Part shown: piece after piece, positions 29,764 through 46,575 of the stretch
Position numbering within the stretch: position 1 is the stretch's first letter
Layout: each line of letters begins with the position of its first letter
Assembly: GCF_009914755.1 (NCBI RefSeq)
Contig: NC_060943.1
Reading direction: 5' to 3' (one strand)
Origin: the human T2T-CHM13v2.0 reference genome, Homo sapiens
Length of the DNA: 64,000 nt
Program-made: the position numbers and the translations under genes
The notes under the pieces: generated by a model
Told to the model about the DNA's origin: nothing
Seen by the model: the letters and a program-made list of their open reading frames with translations, nothing else
Databases searched by the model: none

Positions 29764-30132
29764 TAGTAGAGATGGGGTTTCACTATGTTGGGCAGGCTGG
29801 TCTGGAACTCCTGACCTCGTGATCTGCCCGAGGATCGGCGGCCTCCCAAAGTGCTGGGGATTGCAGGCATGAGCCACCGTGCCCAGCCAAAACTTTTTTA
29901 TTTTTATTTTTTTGGGACACGGTCTCACTGTGTACCCCAGACTGGAGTGATAGAGTGCTGTCATGGCTCACTGCAGCCTCAACCTCCCTGGGCTCAGGTG
30001 ATCTTCCTGCTTCAGTCTCCCAGGTAGCTGGGACTACAGGCATGAGCCACCACACCCAGCTAATTTTTGAATTTTTTTGTAGAGACAGGGTTTCACCTTG
30101 TGGCCCAGACTTGTCTCTAACTCCAGGGCTCA

Positions 30133-30519
<387 letters not shown>

Positions 30520-30830
30520 CTACAGCCAAGGCCTGGCCACTTACTTTTGTAAATAAAGTTTTATTGGAGCCAGTGGACCAGTGAGGCCGAATCTTGCAGG
30601 TGTAAGATCACAGTCTATCCTTGAAAATTTTGATATTTTGTTCATTGGGTGGTTTTTCATTAATTTAAATTTTAAAAAATAACATATTAAAGGCTGGTGT
30701 GGAGGTGCACGCCTGCAGTCCTAGCTACTCCCAGAGGCTGAGGCGGGAGACTTGCTTGAGCCCAAGAGTTGAAGTCCAGCCTGGGCAACATAGCGAGACC
30801 CCCATCTCTAAAAATAAAAATAATGCATTA

Positions 30831-31271
<441 letters not shown>

Positions 31272-31935
31272 TCATTCGTTTGTCCACCAGAGGGCGCCCA
31301 AACTGCTTTGAGCTGCTGGGAAATGGTGCTCCTAGACTTTTAGCAAACAAACAAAAAAAAATGGCACATCGGCAAATTTCAGACCATTCTTTTTTTTTTT
31401 TTTTTTGGTTCCAGAGTAGCTGAAATCTTTGTTCAGTTACAAGCAGGATAAAATGGAAACTGCCTGGGAGAGGCTGAGAAACCTTCTTGCTTGGGGGAGG
31501 TGGGGCACTGCTAGAATTAATCGCTTCACAGACCAGCCCATCCAGGACTCCTCAAATTTGGCAAAAAAGCCATTCATTCATTCATTCATTTATGTAGAGA
31601 CGAGGGGGATCTGGCTATATTGCCTAGATTGGTCTCAAATTCCTGGCCTCAAGTGATCCTCCTGCCTTGGTCTACTAATGTGCTGCGATTACAGGCATGA
31701 GCCACCGTGCCTAGCTCTAGTGGACTTGAAATGTTGCCTTGCCCAGGGCCCTTATGTTGAATGGCCCAGGTCCACTTGTATGGTTCTGTACCAAGGTTAA
31801 CCCCATCCCATAATGCCTGGGACAGTTGATGCAGGACAATCAGCTTCTGTGCCATTCAACCTCAGGACTGAGCATGCTGGGCATTGTGGGGTCCGAAGGT
31901 GGCTCCCCTGTCCCCTTCAAAATACCCTCTTTTTC

Positions 31936-31966
<31 letters not shown>

Positions 31967-32941
31967 GAGACGAAGTCTTGCTCTGTTGCCCCAGCTAGAG
32001 TGCAGTGGTGCGATCTCAGCTCCCCGCAACCTCTGCTTCCCGGGTTCAGGCGATTCTCCTGCCTCAGCCTCCTGAGTAGCTGGGATTACAGGTGCCCACC
32101 GCCACAGCTGGCTAATTTTTGTATTTTTAGTAGAGACAGGGTTTCACCGTGTTGGCCAGGCTGGTCTTGAACTCCTGACCTCAGGCAACCTGCCCACCTC
32201 AGCCTCCCAAAGTGCTGGGATTACAGGTTTGAGCCACTGGGCCTGGCCTTTTTTTTTTTTTTTTGAGAGGGAGTCTCACTCTGTTGCCCAGGCTGGAGTG
32301 CAATGGCGCGATCTTGACTCACTGCAACTCCATTTCCCGGGTTCAAGTGATTCTCCTCCCTCAGCCTCCCAAGTAGCTGGGATTACAGGTGCATGCCACC
32401 ACGGCCAGCTAATTTTGTATTTTTAGTAGAGACAGGGTTTCACTATGTTGATCATGCTGGTCTCAAACTCCTGACCTTAGGTGATCTGCCCGCCTTAGCC
32501 TCCCAAAGTGTTGGGATTACAGGTGTGAGCCACCGCGCCCAGACCAAAATATGCTCATTTTAATAAAATGCAGAAGTAGGTTGACAAGAATTTCACCTGC
32601 AACCTTGTCAACCACCTAGAATAAAAGCCTCTGCAGCCCTCCCCTAAAGACTCATCAATGTGAGGCTCAAGAACCTTCTTAGGCTGGGCTCGGTGGCTCA
32701 TTTCTGTAATCCCTGCACTTTGGAAGGCTGAGGCAGGAGGATCTCTTGAGGCCAGGAGTTCAAGACAAGCCTGGGCAACATAGCCAGACCTCTGTTTCTA
32801 TCCCCCACAAAAAGAACCTTCTTAAGCCGGAATTGAGTCCTACAACCTCGATAACTCACAAATAAGCCCGTGTGGCCTCTCGCAGACTTGGGAAGTTCTC
32901 CAAGTGTCCAGGGAGATGTGCCAGGCGCTTTCCTGCCGTGA

Positions 32942-33274
<333 letters not shown>

Positions 33275-33891
33275 TAAGGGGTCAGATGGAGGATGTGGAG
33301 CTGGGTCCCGTGCTGTGGAATAGCCTCACCGAGATTTGAGTGCCTTCTGGGGAACTGGTTCCCTTGCAGGGGGCTGTGTGGAGAGGCGCGCTCTCCCTGC
33401 CTCACCCATGCTCATCCTAACTCGGTTACCATCACATCTCTTTTTTCTTTTTTTCTTAAATTTTAAGAAAAAAGAAATTTAATTTTTTTGAGAGACAGAG
33501 TCTTGCTCTGTCACCCAGGCTGGAGTGCAGTGGCACCATCATGCCTCGCTGCAGCCTCAATGTCTGGGCTCAAGCGATCCTCCCACCTCAGCCTCCTGAG
33601 TAGCTGGTGCAAGCCACTATACCCCACTTCCTATTTCTTAAAAAGTCACAGCCCTGTGTGTGGCTAATCCTGGACAGAAATCTAGAAGAAGTCAGCTACT
33701 TCTGGGGCGTGGCTCACCCAGTGGGCTTCAGGTTAGATATTTCTTATACTTATGAGGCTGGGTGTGGTGGCTCATGCCTGTAATCCCAGCACTTTGGGAG
33801 GCTGAAGTGGGTGGATTGCTTGGGCTCAGGAGTTCGAGACCAACCTGGGCAACATGGCGAAACCCTGTTTCTAGAAAAGGTACAAAAATTA

Positions 33892-34273
<382 letters not shown>

Positions 34274-34501
34274 TGACTGGGTTTCATCATGTTGGCCAGG
34301 CTGGTCTCGAACTCTTGACCTCATGATCCGCCCGCCTCAGCCTCCCAAAATGCTGGGATTACAGGCGTGAGCCACCAGGCCCAGGCCGCAAGGCGATCTC
34401 TAAACAAACATAAAAGACCAGGAGTCAAGGTTATGGTACGATGCCCGTGTTTTCACTCCAGCCACGGAGCTGGGTCTCTGGTCTCGGGGGCAGCTGTGTG
34501 A

Positions 34502-34696
<195 letters not shown>

Positions 34697-35030
34697 TAGA
34701 AAGCCAGAGCCCATGGCGGCCCCCTCCCAGCTGGAGGCATATGATCCTCAAGGGACCAGGCCGAGGCTTCCCCAGCCCTCCAGATCGAGGACAGCATTAG
34801 GTGAATGCTTCTGTGCGCTCATTCAGAATGTCAGCGGACAATGGCCTTGGTGGTGTAGAGGAATGTTGGATAAGCAAATAGAGAGCTCCATCAGATGGTG
34901 ACAGGGCAAAGAAAGTCAAAAGGAGTTCAGAGGCCGGGCGCGGTGGCTCATGCCTGTAATCCCAGGACTTTGGGAGGCCGAGGCTGGCGGATCACCTGAA
35001 GTCAGGAGTTTGAGACCAGCTTGGCCATCA

Positions 35031-35213
<183 letters not shown>

Positions 35214-36291
35214 TCAAAAAAAAAAAAAAAAGGAGTTCAGAGGCCCGGCATGGTGGTTCACACATGTGATCCCAGAACTTGGGGAGGTTGAGGCAGGAGA
35301 ATCACCTGAGCTCAGAGTTCAAGACCAGCCTGGGCAGCACAGCAAGACCCCATCTCTGCAAAAAATAAAAATTTAGCCCAGTGTGGTGATGAGCGCCTAG
35401 TTCCAGCTACTAGGGAGGCTAAGGCAGGAGGATTGCTTGAGGCTAAGGTAGGAGATTGAGACTGCAGTGACTTGTGATTGCGTCACTGCGCTCCAGCCTG
35501 GGTGACAGAGCAAGCCCTTGTCTCTTAAAAAAAAAAAAAAATTCAAAGAAGGGTTTCCAGAGGGCCAGGAGGGAGGAAGGGAGAGGAGGTGTTTTATTTT
35601 TTTGCTTTTATTTTTTATTTTGAGACAGAGTCTCTCTCTGTCACCCAGGTTGGAGTGCAGTGCTGTGATCTTGGCTCACTGCAACTTCTGCCTCCTGGGT
35701 TCAAGCAATTCTTATGCCTCAGCCTCAGCCTCCTGAGTAGCTGGGATTACAACACTATGCCCGGGTAATTTTTGTATTTTTAGTAGAGACGAGGTTTCGC
35801 CATGTTGCCCAGACTGGTCTCGAACTCCTGACCTCAAGTGATCCACCCGCCTTGGCCTCCCCACGTGCTGGGATTGCAGGCGTGAGCCACTGCGCCCGCC
35901 TTGATCTTTACACAAGGGGTTTAGGGTAGGTAGCCTTCTCTGAACCAGGAGAACAGCCTGTGCGAAGGCCCTGAGGCTGGACCGTGCCTGTTGGGTTTGA
36001 GGCCGTTGTAGCTGGAGCAAACAGAGAGAGGGGTAAAAAGGCAGGAGGCTACCAGGCAGGTTGTGCAGAGCCTTGTGGGCCACTGGGGAGGACTTTGGCT
36101 TTTGCCCTGAGAGCGGTGGGAAGTGACTGAATCCGGTACTCACCGTCTCCCTCTGGCGGCTCCTGGGGGAACATGCTTGGGGATCAGGCTGGGGGAGGCT
36201 GCCAGGCCCAGGAGGTGAGAAGTAGGTGGCCTCCAGCCGTGTTTCCTGAGTGCTGGACTGATAGTTTCCGCTGTTTACCATTTGTTGGCAG

Positions 36292-36327
36292 AGACAGATG
36301 GTCAGTCTGGAGGATGACGTGGCGTGA
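36292..36327 (+). CDS. LDLR: LDLR exon 18 coding part, RQMVSLEDDVA*
   Basis: tggcag|AGACAG...GCG TGA; exons 2-18 sum to 2516 nt, which with a 67-nt exon 1 CDS gives the known 860-aa precursor. Confidence 0.99.
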   Translation, partial: RQMVSLEDDVA

Positions 36328-36440
36328 ACATCTGCCTGGAGTCCCGTCCCTGCCCAGAACCCTTCCTGAGACCTCGCCGGCCTTGTTTTATTCAAAGACA
36401 GAGAAGACCAAAGCATTGCCTGCCAGAGCTTTGTTTTATA

Positions 36441-37205
36441 TATTTATTCATCTGGGAGGCAGAACAGGCTTCGGACAGTGCCCATGCAATGGCTTGGGTT
36501 GGGATTTTGGTTTCTTCCTTTCCTCGTGAAGGATAAGAGAAACAGGCCCGGGGGGACCAGGATGACACCTCCATTTCTCTCCAGGAAGTTTTGAGTTTCT
36601 CTCCACCGTGACACAATCCTCAAACATGGAAGATGAAAGGGCAGGGGATGTCAGGCCCAGAGAAGCAAGTGGCTTTCAACACACAACAGCAGATGGCACC
36701 AACGGGACCCCCTGGCCCTGCCTCATCCACCAATCTCTAAGCCAAACCCCTAAACTCAGGAGTCAACGTGTTTACCTCTTCTATGCAAGCCTTGCTAGAC
36801 AGCCAGGTTAGCCTTTGCCCTGTCACCCCCGAATCATGACCCACCCAGTGTCTTTCGAGGTGGGTTTGTACCTTCCTTAAGCCAGGAAAGGGATTCATGG
36901 CGTCGGAAATGATCTGGCTGAATCCGTGGTGGCACCGAGACCAAACTCATTCACCAAATGATGCCACTTCCCAGAGGCAGAGCCTGAGTCACCGGTCACC
37001 CTTAATATTTATTAAGTGCCTGAGACACCCGGTTACCTTGGCCGTGAGGACACGTGGCCTGCACCCAGGTGTGGCTGTCAGGACACCAGCCTGGTGCCCA
37101 TCCTCCCGACCCCTACCCACTTCCATTCCCGTGGTCTCCTTGCACTTTCTCAGTTCAGAGTTGTACACTGTGTACATTTGGCATTTGTGTTATTATTTTG
37201 CACTG
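36441..37205 (+). promoter_or_regulatory. AU-rich destabilising elements of the proximal LDLR 3'UTR
   Basis: UAUUUAU at 36441-36447 and 37006-37012; U-rich element at ~37175-37200; the proximal LDLR AREs are established. Confidence 0.8.
37142..37205 (+). promoter_or_regulatory. miRNA seed-match cluster: miR-17 family GCACTTT 37142-37148, miR-128 CACTGTG 37166-37172, miR-130/301 TTGCACT 37198-37204, miR-148/152 TGCACTG 37199-37205
   Basis: Seed complements read directly; miR-148a and miR-128 regulation of LDLR is established. Confidence 0.75.
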
Positions 37206-37446
37206 TTTTCTGTCGTGTGTGTTGGGATGGGATCCCAGGCCAGGGAAAGCCCGTGTCAATGAATGCCGGGGACAGAGAGGGGCAGGTTGACCGGGACTTC
37301 AAAGCCGTGATCGTGAATATCGAGAACTGCCATTGTCGTCTTTATGTCCGCCCACCTAGTGCTTCCACTTCTATGCAAATGCCTCCAAGCCATTCACTTC
37401 CCCAATCTTGTCGTTGATGGGTATGTGTTTAAAACATGCACGGTGA

Positions 37447-37756
<310 letters not shown>

Positions 37757-37789
37757 CCATGCATGGTGCATCAGCAGCCCATGGCCTCT

Positions 37790-38559
<770 letters not shown>

Positions 38560-38807
38560 TTATTTTTGCAAACCCTGGTTGCTGTATTTGTTCAGTGACT
38601 ATTCTCGGGGCCCTGTGTAGGGGGTTATTGCCTCTGAAATGCCTCTTCTTTATGTACAAAGATTATTTGCACGAACTGGACTGTGTGCAACGCTTTTTGG
38701 GAGAATGATGTCCCCGTTGTATGTATGAGTGGCTTCTGGGAGATGGGTGTCACTTTTTAAACCACTGTATAGAAGGTTTTTGTAGCCTGAATGTCTTACT
38801 GTGATCA

Positions 38808-38813
38808 ATTAAA
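38808..38813 (+). terminator. LDLR polyadenylation signal ATTAAA
   Basis: ATTAAA followed by a U/GU-rich downstream tract (gttcttctgtt...tttttg). Confidence 0.85.
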
Positions 38814-38895
38814 TTTCTTAAATGAACCAATTTGTCTAAACTCGATGCACGTTCTTCTGTTCGCGCGCTTCTTTTTGTTTTTTTTTTTTTCCTGA

Positions 38896-39232
<337 letters not shown>

Positions 39233-40188
39233 TAGTACAGACGGGGTTTCACCATGTTAGCCAGGATGGTCTCGATCTCCTGACCTTGTGATCCACCTGC
39301 TTCGGCCTCCCAAAGTGCTGAGATTACAGGCGTGAGCCACCGCGGGTGGCCAACGCTAATTTTTTTGTTTTTTTAGATGGAGTCTTGCTCTGTCGCCCAG
39401 GCTGGAGTGCAGTGGCGTGATCTCTGCCTACTGCAAGCTCCGCCTCCCGGGTTCATGCCATTCTCCTGCCTCAGCCTCCTGAGTAACTGGGACTACAGGC
39501 ACCCGCCACCACGCCCGGCTAATTTTTTGTATTTTTAGTAGAGACAGGGTTTCACCGTGTTAGCCAGGATGGTCTTGATCTCCTGACCTTGTGATCCACC
39601 CGTCTCGGCCTCCCAAAGTGCTGGGATTAGAGGTGTGAGCCACCACACCTGGCCTAGCCTGGCTAATTTTTGTATTTTTGGTAGAGACGGGGTTTCACCA
39701 TGTTGGTCAGGCTGGTCTTGAACTTCTGACCTCAGGTAATCTGCCTGCCTCAGTCTCCCAAAGTGCTGGGATTACAGGTGTGAGCCACCGCGCCTGGCCT
39801 CACTCCCTTCTGTCATCTGTTTGTGGATTGGACTCCCCAGGAGAAGGACCCAGAAGGGGAAGACTCCCAGAACTCCGGGCAAGATGCAATCTCCGTGGGC
39901 TGCCACAGTGCCTGGCAGGTGCTGTGATGGCTGAGCTGGTGATTGTGTTCTCTGCTGTCGCTTCTCTGAGTTGGAGATTTTGTCAAGTCCCCTGCTCATC
40001 CATTCATACACTCGACAAATATCTGTTGAGTGCTAAGTGCGAACCATGCTCTGCCGTAGGCTTGTGGGACACTACAGGGGATATAAGAAATGAAAGCCGG
40101 GTGTGGTGGCTCACACCTGTAATCCTAGCAGTTTGGGAGGCCGAGGCGGGCAGATCATGAGGTCAGGAGATCGAGACCATCCTAGCTA

Positions 40189-40413
<225 letters not shown>

Positions 40414-40416
40414 TCA

Positions 40417-40951
<535 letters not shown>

Positions 40952-42081
40952 TGAACTCTTGACCTCAAGTCATCTACCGCCTCGGCCTCCCAAAATGCTA
41001 GGATTACAGGTGTGAGCCACCGCACCAAGCCAAATGTTACTTCATTAGAGAAACTCCCCCTGAAGAAAACTTCCTTCCTGCCAGTTGCTTTTCTGTCCCC
41101 ATACTCTGTTTAATATTCTTCTAGAATATTCTTCTAAAATGTAGCAATTTTTTGTATCTATTCTAAAAATGGAGGCCAAGGAAGGCAGATCACTTGAGGT
41201 CAGGAGTTTGAGACTAGCCTGGCCAACATGGTGAAACCATGTCTCTACTAAAAAGGGTAAGATTTTGAGGCTGCAGTGAGCTATGACGGCACCATTGCAC
41301 TCCAGGCTGGGCAACAGAGCGAGACACCATCTCAATAAAAAAAAAAAAAAGCAGGGTGCGGTGGCTCAAGCCTGTAATCCCAACACTTTGGGAGGCTGAG
41401 GCAGGCGGATCACGAGGTCAGGAGTTCGAGACCAGCCTGCCCAACATAGTGAAACCCTGTCTACTAAAAATACAAAAAAATTAGCCGGGTATGCTGGCAG
41501 GTGACTGCACCATAAAAAATGTTCAAGATTAAACAGGGGGACGGTGAGGTAACCCAGAAATAAGCAACAGCAGAAAGCGCCACCACCACAAAACCAGGAG
41601 AGGAAGATGTGGTTTCTGGAGCCTGGGAGCTGGTGAGAGCCAGAAACTCATAGGAGGGAAAGAAGTGCTGCAGACATGGTCCCCAGCAGAGCGAGGCGGG
41701 GAAGAGCCCAGCCTGTCCCCCGCTCCAGGCTCTATCTCCCACCAGTGCCTCCCACAGGCTGAGCCCAACAGGGACAGGCTGATGAAGCCCAGGCAATGGT
41801 GCCTTACTGGGTGGATCGAAGGAGGGACAGGGTTGGCCCAGGGGTGACACGACGCTGGGGTGGTTAGGTCCACAAACGTGGCTCATGCCTGTAATCCCAG
41901 TACCTTGGGAAGCTGAGGCAGGAGGATTGCTTGAGCCCAGGAGTTCAAGAGCAGTCTGGGCAACATAGCAAGACCCCATCTCTAAAAAACGTTTTTAAAT
42001 TTCTGGGCTCAGTGGCTCATGCCTATAATCCCAGCACTCTGGGAGGCCGAGGCAGGCGGATCACCTGAGGTCAGGAGTTCA

Positions 42082-42419
<338 letters not shown>

Positions 42420-42480
42420 TCACCTGAGGTTGGGGGTTTGAGACCAGCCTGACCAACATGGAGAAACCCCATCTCTACTA

Positions 42481-42735
<255 letters not shown>

Positions 42736-43971
42736 TCAGAGCCTCAGTTTCCCCACCTGACAATGGAGACAAAGCTAATCTCCCCCTCCCCAGGGGCTCT
42801 GGAAGTGGGGCAGGATGGGGCTGCGCAGGCGCTCGGAGACAAAGGCAGGGCCTGTCATCTTTCCTGCGTCCACGGGGTGGCACTTCCTTCCTGCCTTCCG
42901 CCTTTTGTTTTGGGACGCTTCCAAAACGCCCCTGGGAGGGAAAACTGAGCAGCCCACACAGGAAGCGTCCTGGAGCCTGCACACAGGCGCTCGATAATTG
43001 CTCGATTGACGAAATTGGTGCTCAACCAAGTGGCAAACAGGATAAGCGGGCTCAGATGGCCAGGAAAACGGGAGGGCCTGGGAGGTGGCGGCTCGAGGGT
43101 GCTGAGACTGAGACGGGAGGGTGGGCAGGACCGGGGTGCATCCCCAGGCAGGGGTGGGGACTGGGAGCACAGCATGGGTGGGGCATGGCCCAGAGGAGAG
43201 GCCAGAGGTGATGGAAGGTTCTGGTATTCGGCCTTGGCTGCTGCATTGGGAGCTTGTATCAGAGCTTTGAGGGTGACACAGACATGCAGACATTCAGTTT
43301 CCTGACAATCCATCGTTCTGCCCCGATGGTCGCCAAAGGGAGGGAGGGTTGACAGCCACCCATTTTACAGAGGGAAATAGGAGGCTCGGGTCACTGTGGC
43401 TGGATTCTGATCCTCGCCGGTTCCAGTTCTCTGGCTCAGAACGGGGCCCTGGTAAAATGCGCTGCTGGCTCCCTGGTCTATAGGCTCAGCACCCACCCAC
43501 CCACCCACTTGTCCTGCAGGGCTGGGGGCAGCCTGCAGCTTGGGGAACGCCACCCCTGCAGGCTGGTGGTCCTGTCCTGTCTCCGCAGGCTCAACAGCTC
43601 TGGCCAGGACAGGGTGGAAGGTGGGAGGAATTTGTCCCACTCCCAGCAAGTCTGACACCCACAACTAGTGTCCCCTGCTGTCCCTCCCCTTCTCCTGTCC
43701 CCAGGCCGTTCCCCTTCCAGCAGCCCGAGGCATCCCAGACCACAGCTGTCTGCAGTGAGTCAGCCTGGAGCCTCTGGGCTGAGCCGCGGCTGCCAGAGGG
43801 AGGTGGGGAGAGGGGTGCAGGCTGCCCTGCCCTGCAGCTGGCCCTGGCCTAATCCCCTCCCCGCTCCCCAGTCTGGGGTCAGCACCCTCCTCCCTTGCAG
43901 GCAGTGATTTTCCGTGATGATGAAGGAATAAAAAAGCCACGGAGGGTTCTGAGTGGGAGTCCCTGGTCCCC

Positions 43972-43983
43972 ATCACCCCACTG
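43972..43983 (+). promoter_or_regulatory. SRE-1 match in a downstream GC-rich island
   Basis: ATCACCCCACTG; AP-1 TGAGTCA at 43756-43762 nearby. Confidence 0.5.
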
Positions 43984-44575
43984 AGCATGGCCGCTGGGGT
44001 TTCCTGGCAACTTTCTGCTCCATCCGGAGCCGTCCCTCCCCTGGGCTGCTCTGGGGCTGTTCCTGGGATGGGGAGCGGGGAGCTTGGGAGTAAATAGTGA
44101 CATCAGCCACCTAGACAGGCGGGGCCACTGTGTCAAGGGGCCATGTCAGGTTCCCTTCTCCCAGAGCTGGGGCTTGTCTTGGAATTGGAAAATCCTCCCC
44201 ACATTGCCCTGTGGACTGCAGGCCTGGCGTGATCAAGGACCCCTGCCCTCCTGCCATCCCCCTTGGTCTCCTCCATGCCAGCCTTGCTGTTTCCCCTGCC
44301 TGGCTCACAGTCTCCACACCTTTATCCCCTGGGGGCTCAAGTCTGGGACAAATGACACCTCCTCCCTGGGCCTCCCACAGAGCCACAGAGCGTCACCCCC
44401 CACCACCCCACAGCGTTCATTTGTGGGTCAGGATTAAGAGCACAAGCTCTGAACACACTCAGCTCGGATTAAAGCCCTGGCTCTGCCACCCGTCTACAGA
44501 AAAACTGACACAGTGGCCTCCACTGGGGTGTGGCTCCATGAAGGAGGGTCTGGCGGGCCACAGGCTTACAGTACT

Positions 44576-45070
44576 CATTTCTCTTTTCTTTTCTTTCTTC
44601 CTTCATTTCCTTTCTCTCTCTCCTTCCTTCCTCCCTCCCTCCCTTCCTTCCTTCTTTCTTCGTTTCTCTCTCTTTTTTTTTTGAGACGGAGTCTCGCTCT
44701 GTCGCCCAGGCTGGAGTGCAGTGGTGCGATCTCAGCTCAAGGCAACCACCACCTCCTGGGTTCAAACGATTCTCTTAGCCTCCTGAGTAGCTGGGATTAC
44801 AAGCACGCACCACCACGCCTGGCTAGTTTTTGTGTGTTTAGTAAAGATAGGGTTTCACCATGTTGGCTGAGCTGGTCTTGAACTCCTGACCTCAAGCAAT
44901 CTGCCCCACCTCGGCCTCCAGAAGCGTTGGGATTACAGGCGTGAGCCACCACACCGGCTTCTCCTCTCCCTCTCCTCTTTCTCCTTTTCCTTCCTTTCTT
45001 CCTTCCTTCCCTTCCCCTTCCTTCCTTCCTTCCTTCATTCTTTCTTCCCCCCGCTCCCCCCTCTTTTTTT
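44576..45070 (+). repeat. CT-rich simple repeats (44576-44680, 44960-45070) at antisense Alu tails
   Basis: (CCTT)n/(CT)n runs. Confidence 0.85.
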
Positions 45071-45692
45071 TTGAGACAGGGTCTTGCTTTGTCACCCAGG
45101 CTGGAGCGCAGTGGTGCAATCCTAGCTCACTGCAGCCTTGACCTCCCAGGGTTGAGGCAATCCTCCCACCTCAGCCTCCCAAGTAGCCAGGACTACGAGT
45201 GCACGCCACCATGCCTGGCTAATTTTTTAGTTTTTTTTTGTAGAGACAGGAGTCTCACTGTGTTGTCCAGGCTGGTCTTGAACTCCTCGGTTCAAGCAAT
45301 CTTCCTGCCTTGGCCTCCTAAAGTGCTGGGATTACAGGCGTGAGCCACAGCACCTGGCCCAGTCCACATTTCTAAGTAAATATGGGAGGCCAGCCAGGTG
45401 CAGTGGCTGTAATCCCAGCACTTTGGGAGGCCGAGGTGGGTGGATCACCTGAGGTCAGGAGTTCCAGACCAGTCTGGCCAACATGGTGAAATCCCGTCTT
45501 TACTAAAAATACAAAAATTAGCCGGGCGTGGTGGCTCATGCCTGTAATCCCAGCACTTTGGGAGGCTGAGGCGGCAGATCACAAGGTCAGGAGATCGAGA
45601 CCATCCTGGCTAATACGGTGAAACCCGTCTCTATTAAAAATACAAAAAATTAGCCGGGCATGGTGGCAGGAGCCTGTAGTCCCAGCTACTCA

Positions 45693-45830
<138 letters not shown>

Positions 45831-46193
45831 TTAGCGGGGCGTGATGGCAGGTGCCTGTAGTCCCAGCTACTTAGGAGGCTGAGGGAAGAGAATCACTTGA
45901 ACCCGGGAAGCAGAAGTTGCAGTGAGCCGCGATCGCATCACTGCACTGCAGCCCGGGTGACAGAGCAAGACTCCATCTCAAAAAAAAAAAAAAAAAAAAA
46001 GGGAGGCCACTGGAGGTTGTGGGGCCACCATGAGAGTCGACAAGGGTGGCCCACATTCCTAGATGAGTTGCCTGGAGGCTGTAGTCCCAGACCTCAGGGG
46101 GGTCCCCTCCGGAACCCAAACACTGTCATGCCAATGACACAAAACTGGTCTTCCTGGCCTCTCCCATCCTGTCCAGCCTAGAAGGGAGACTGA

Positions 46194-46575
<382 letters not shown>

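Noticed and set aside
35712-36416. 234-aa antisense ORF over exon 18
   Set aside because: Ends in Alu sequence; low-complexity composition; no recognisable protein
41119-41131. Three-unit HSE TTCtaGAAtaTTC
   Set aside because: A minimal match in an AT-rich patch between Alus; plausible by chance
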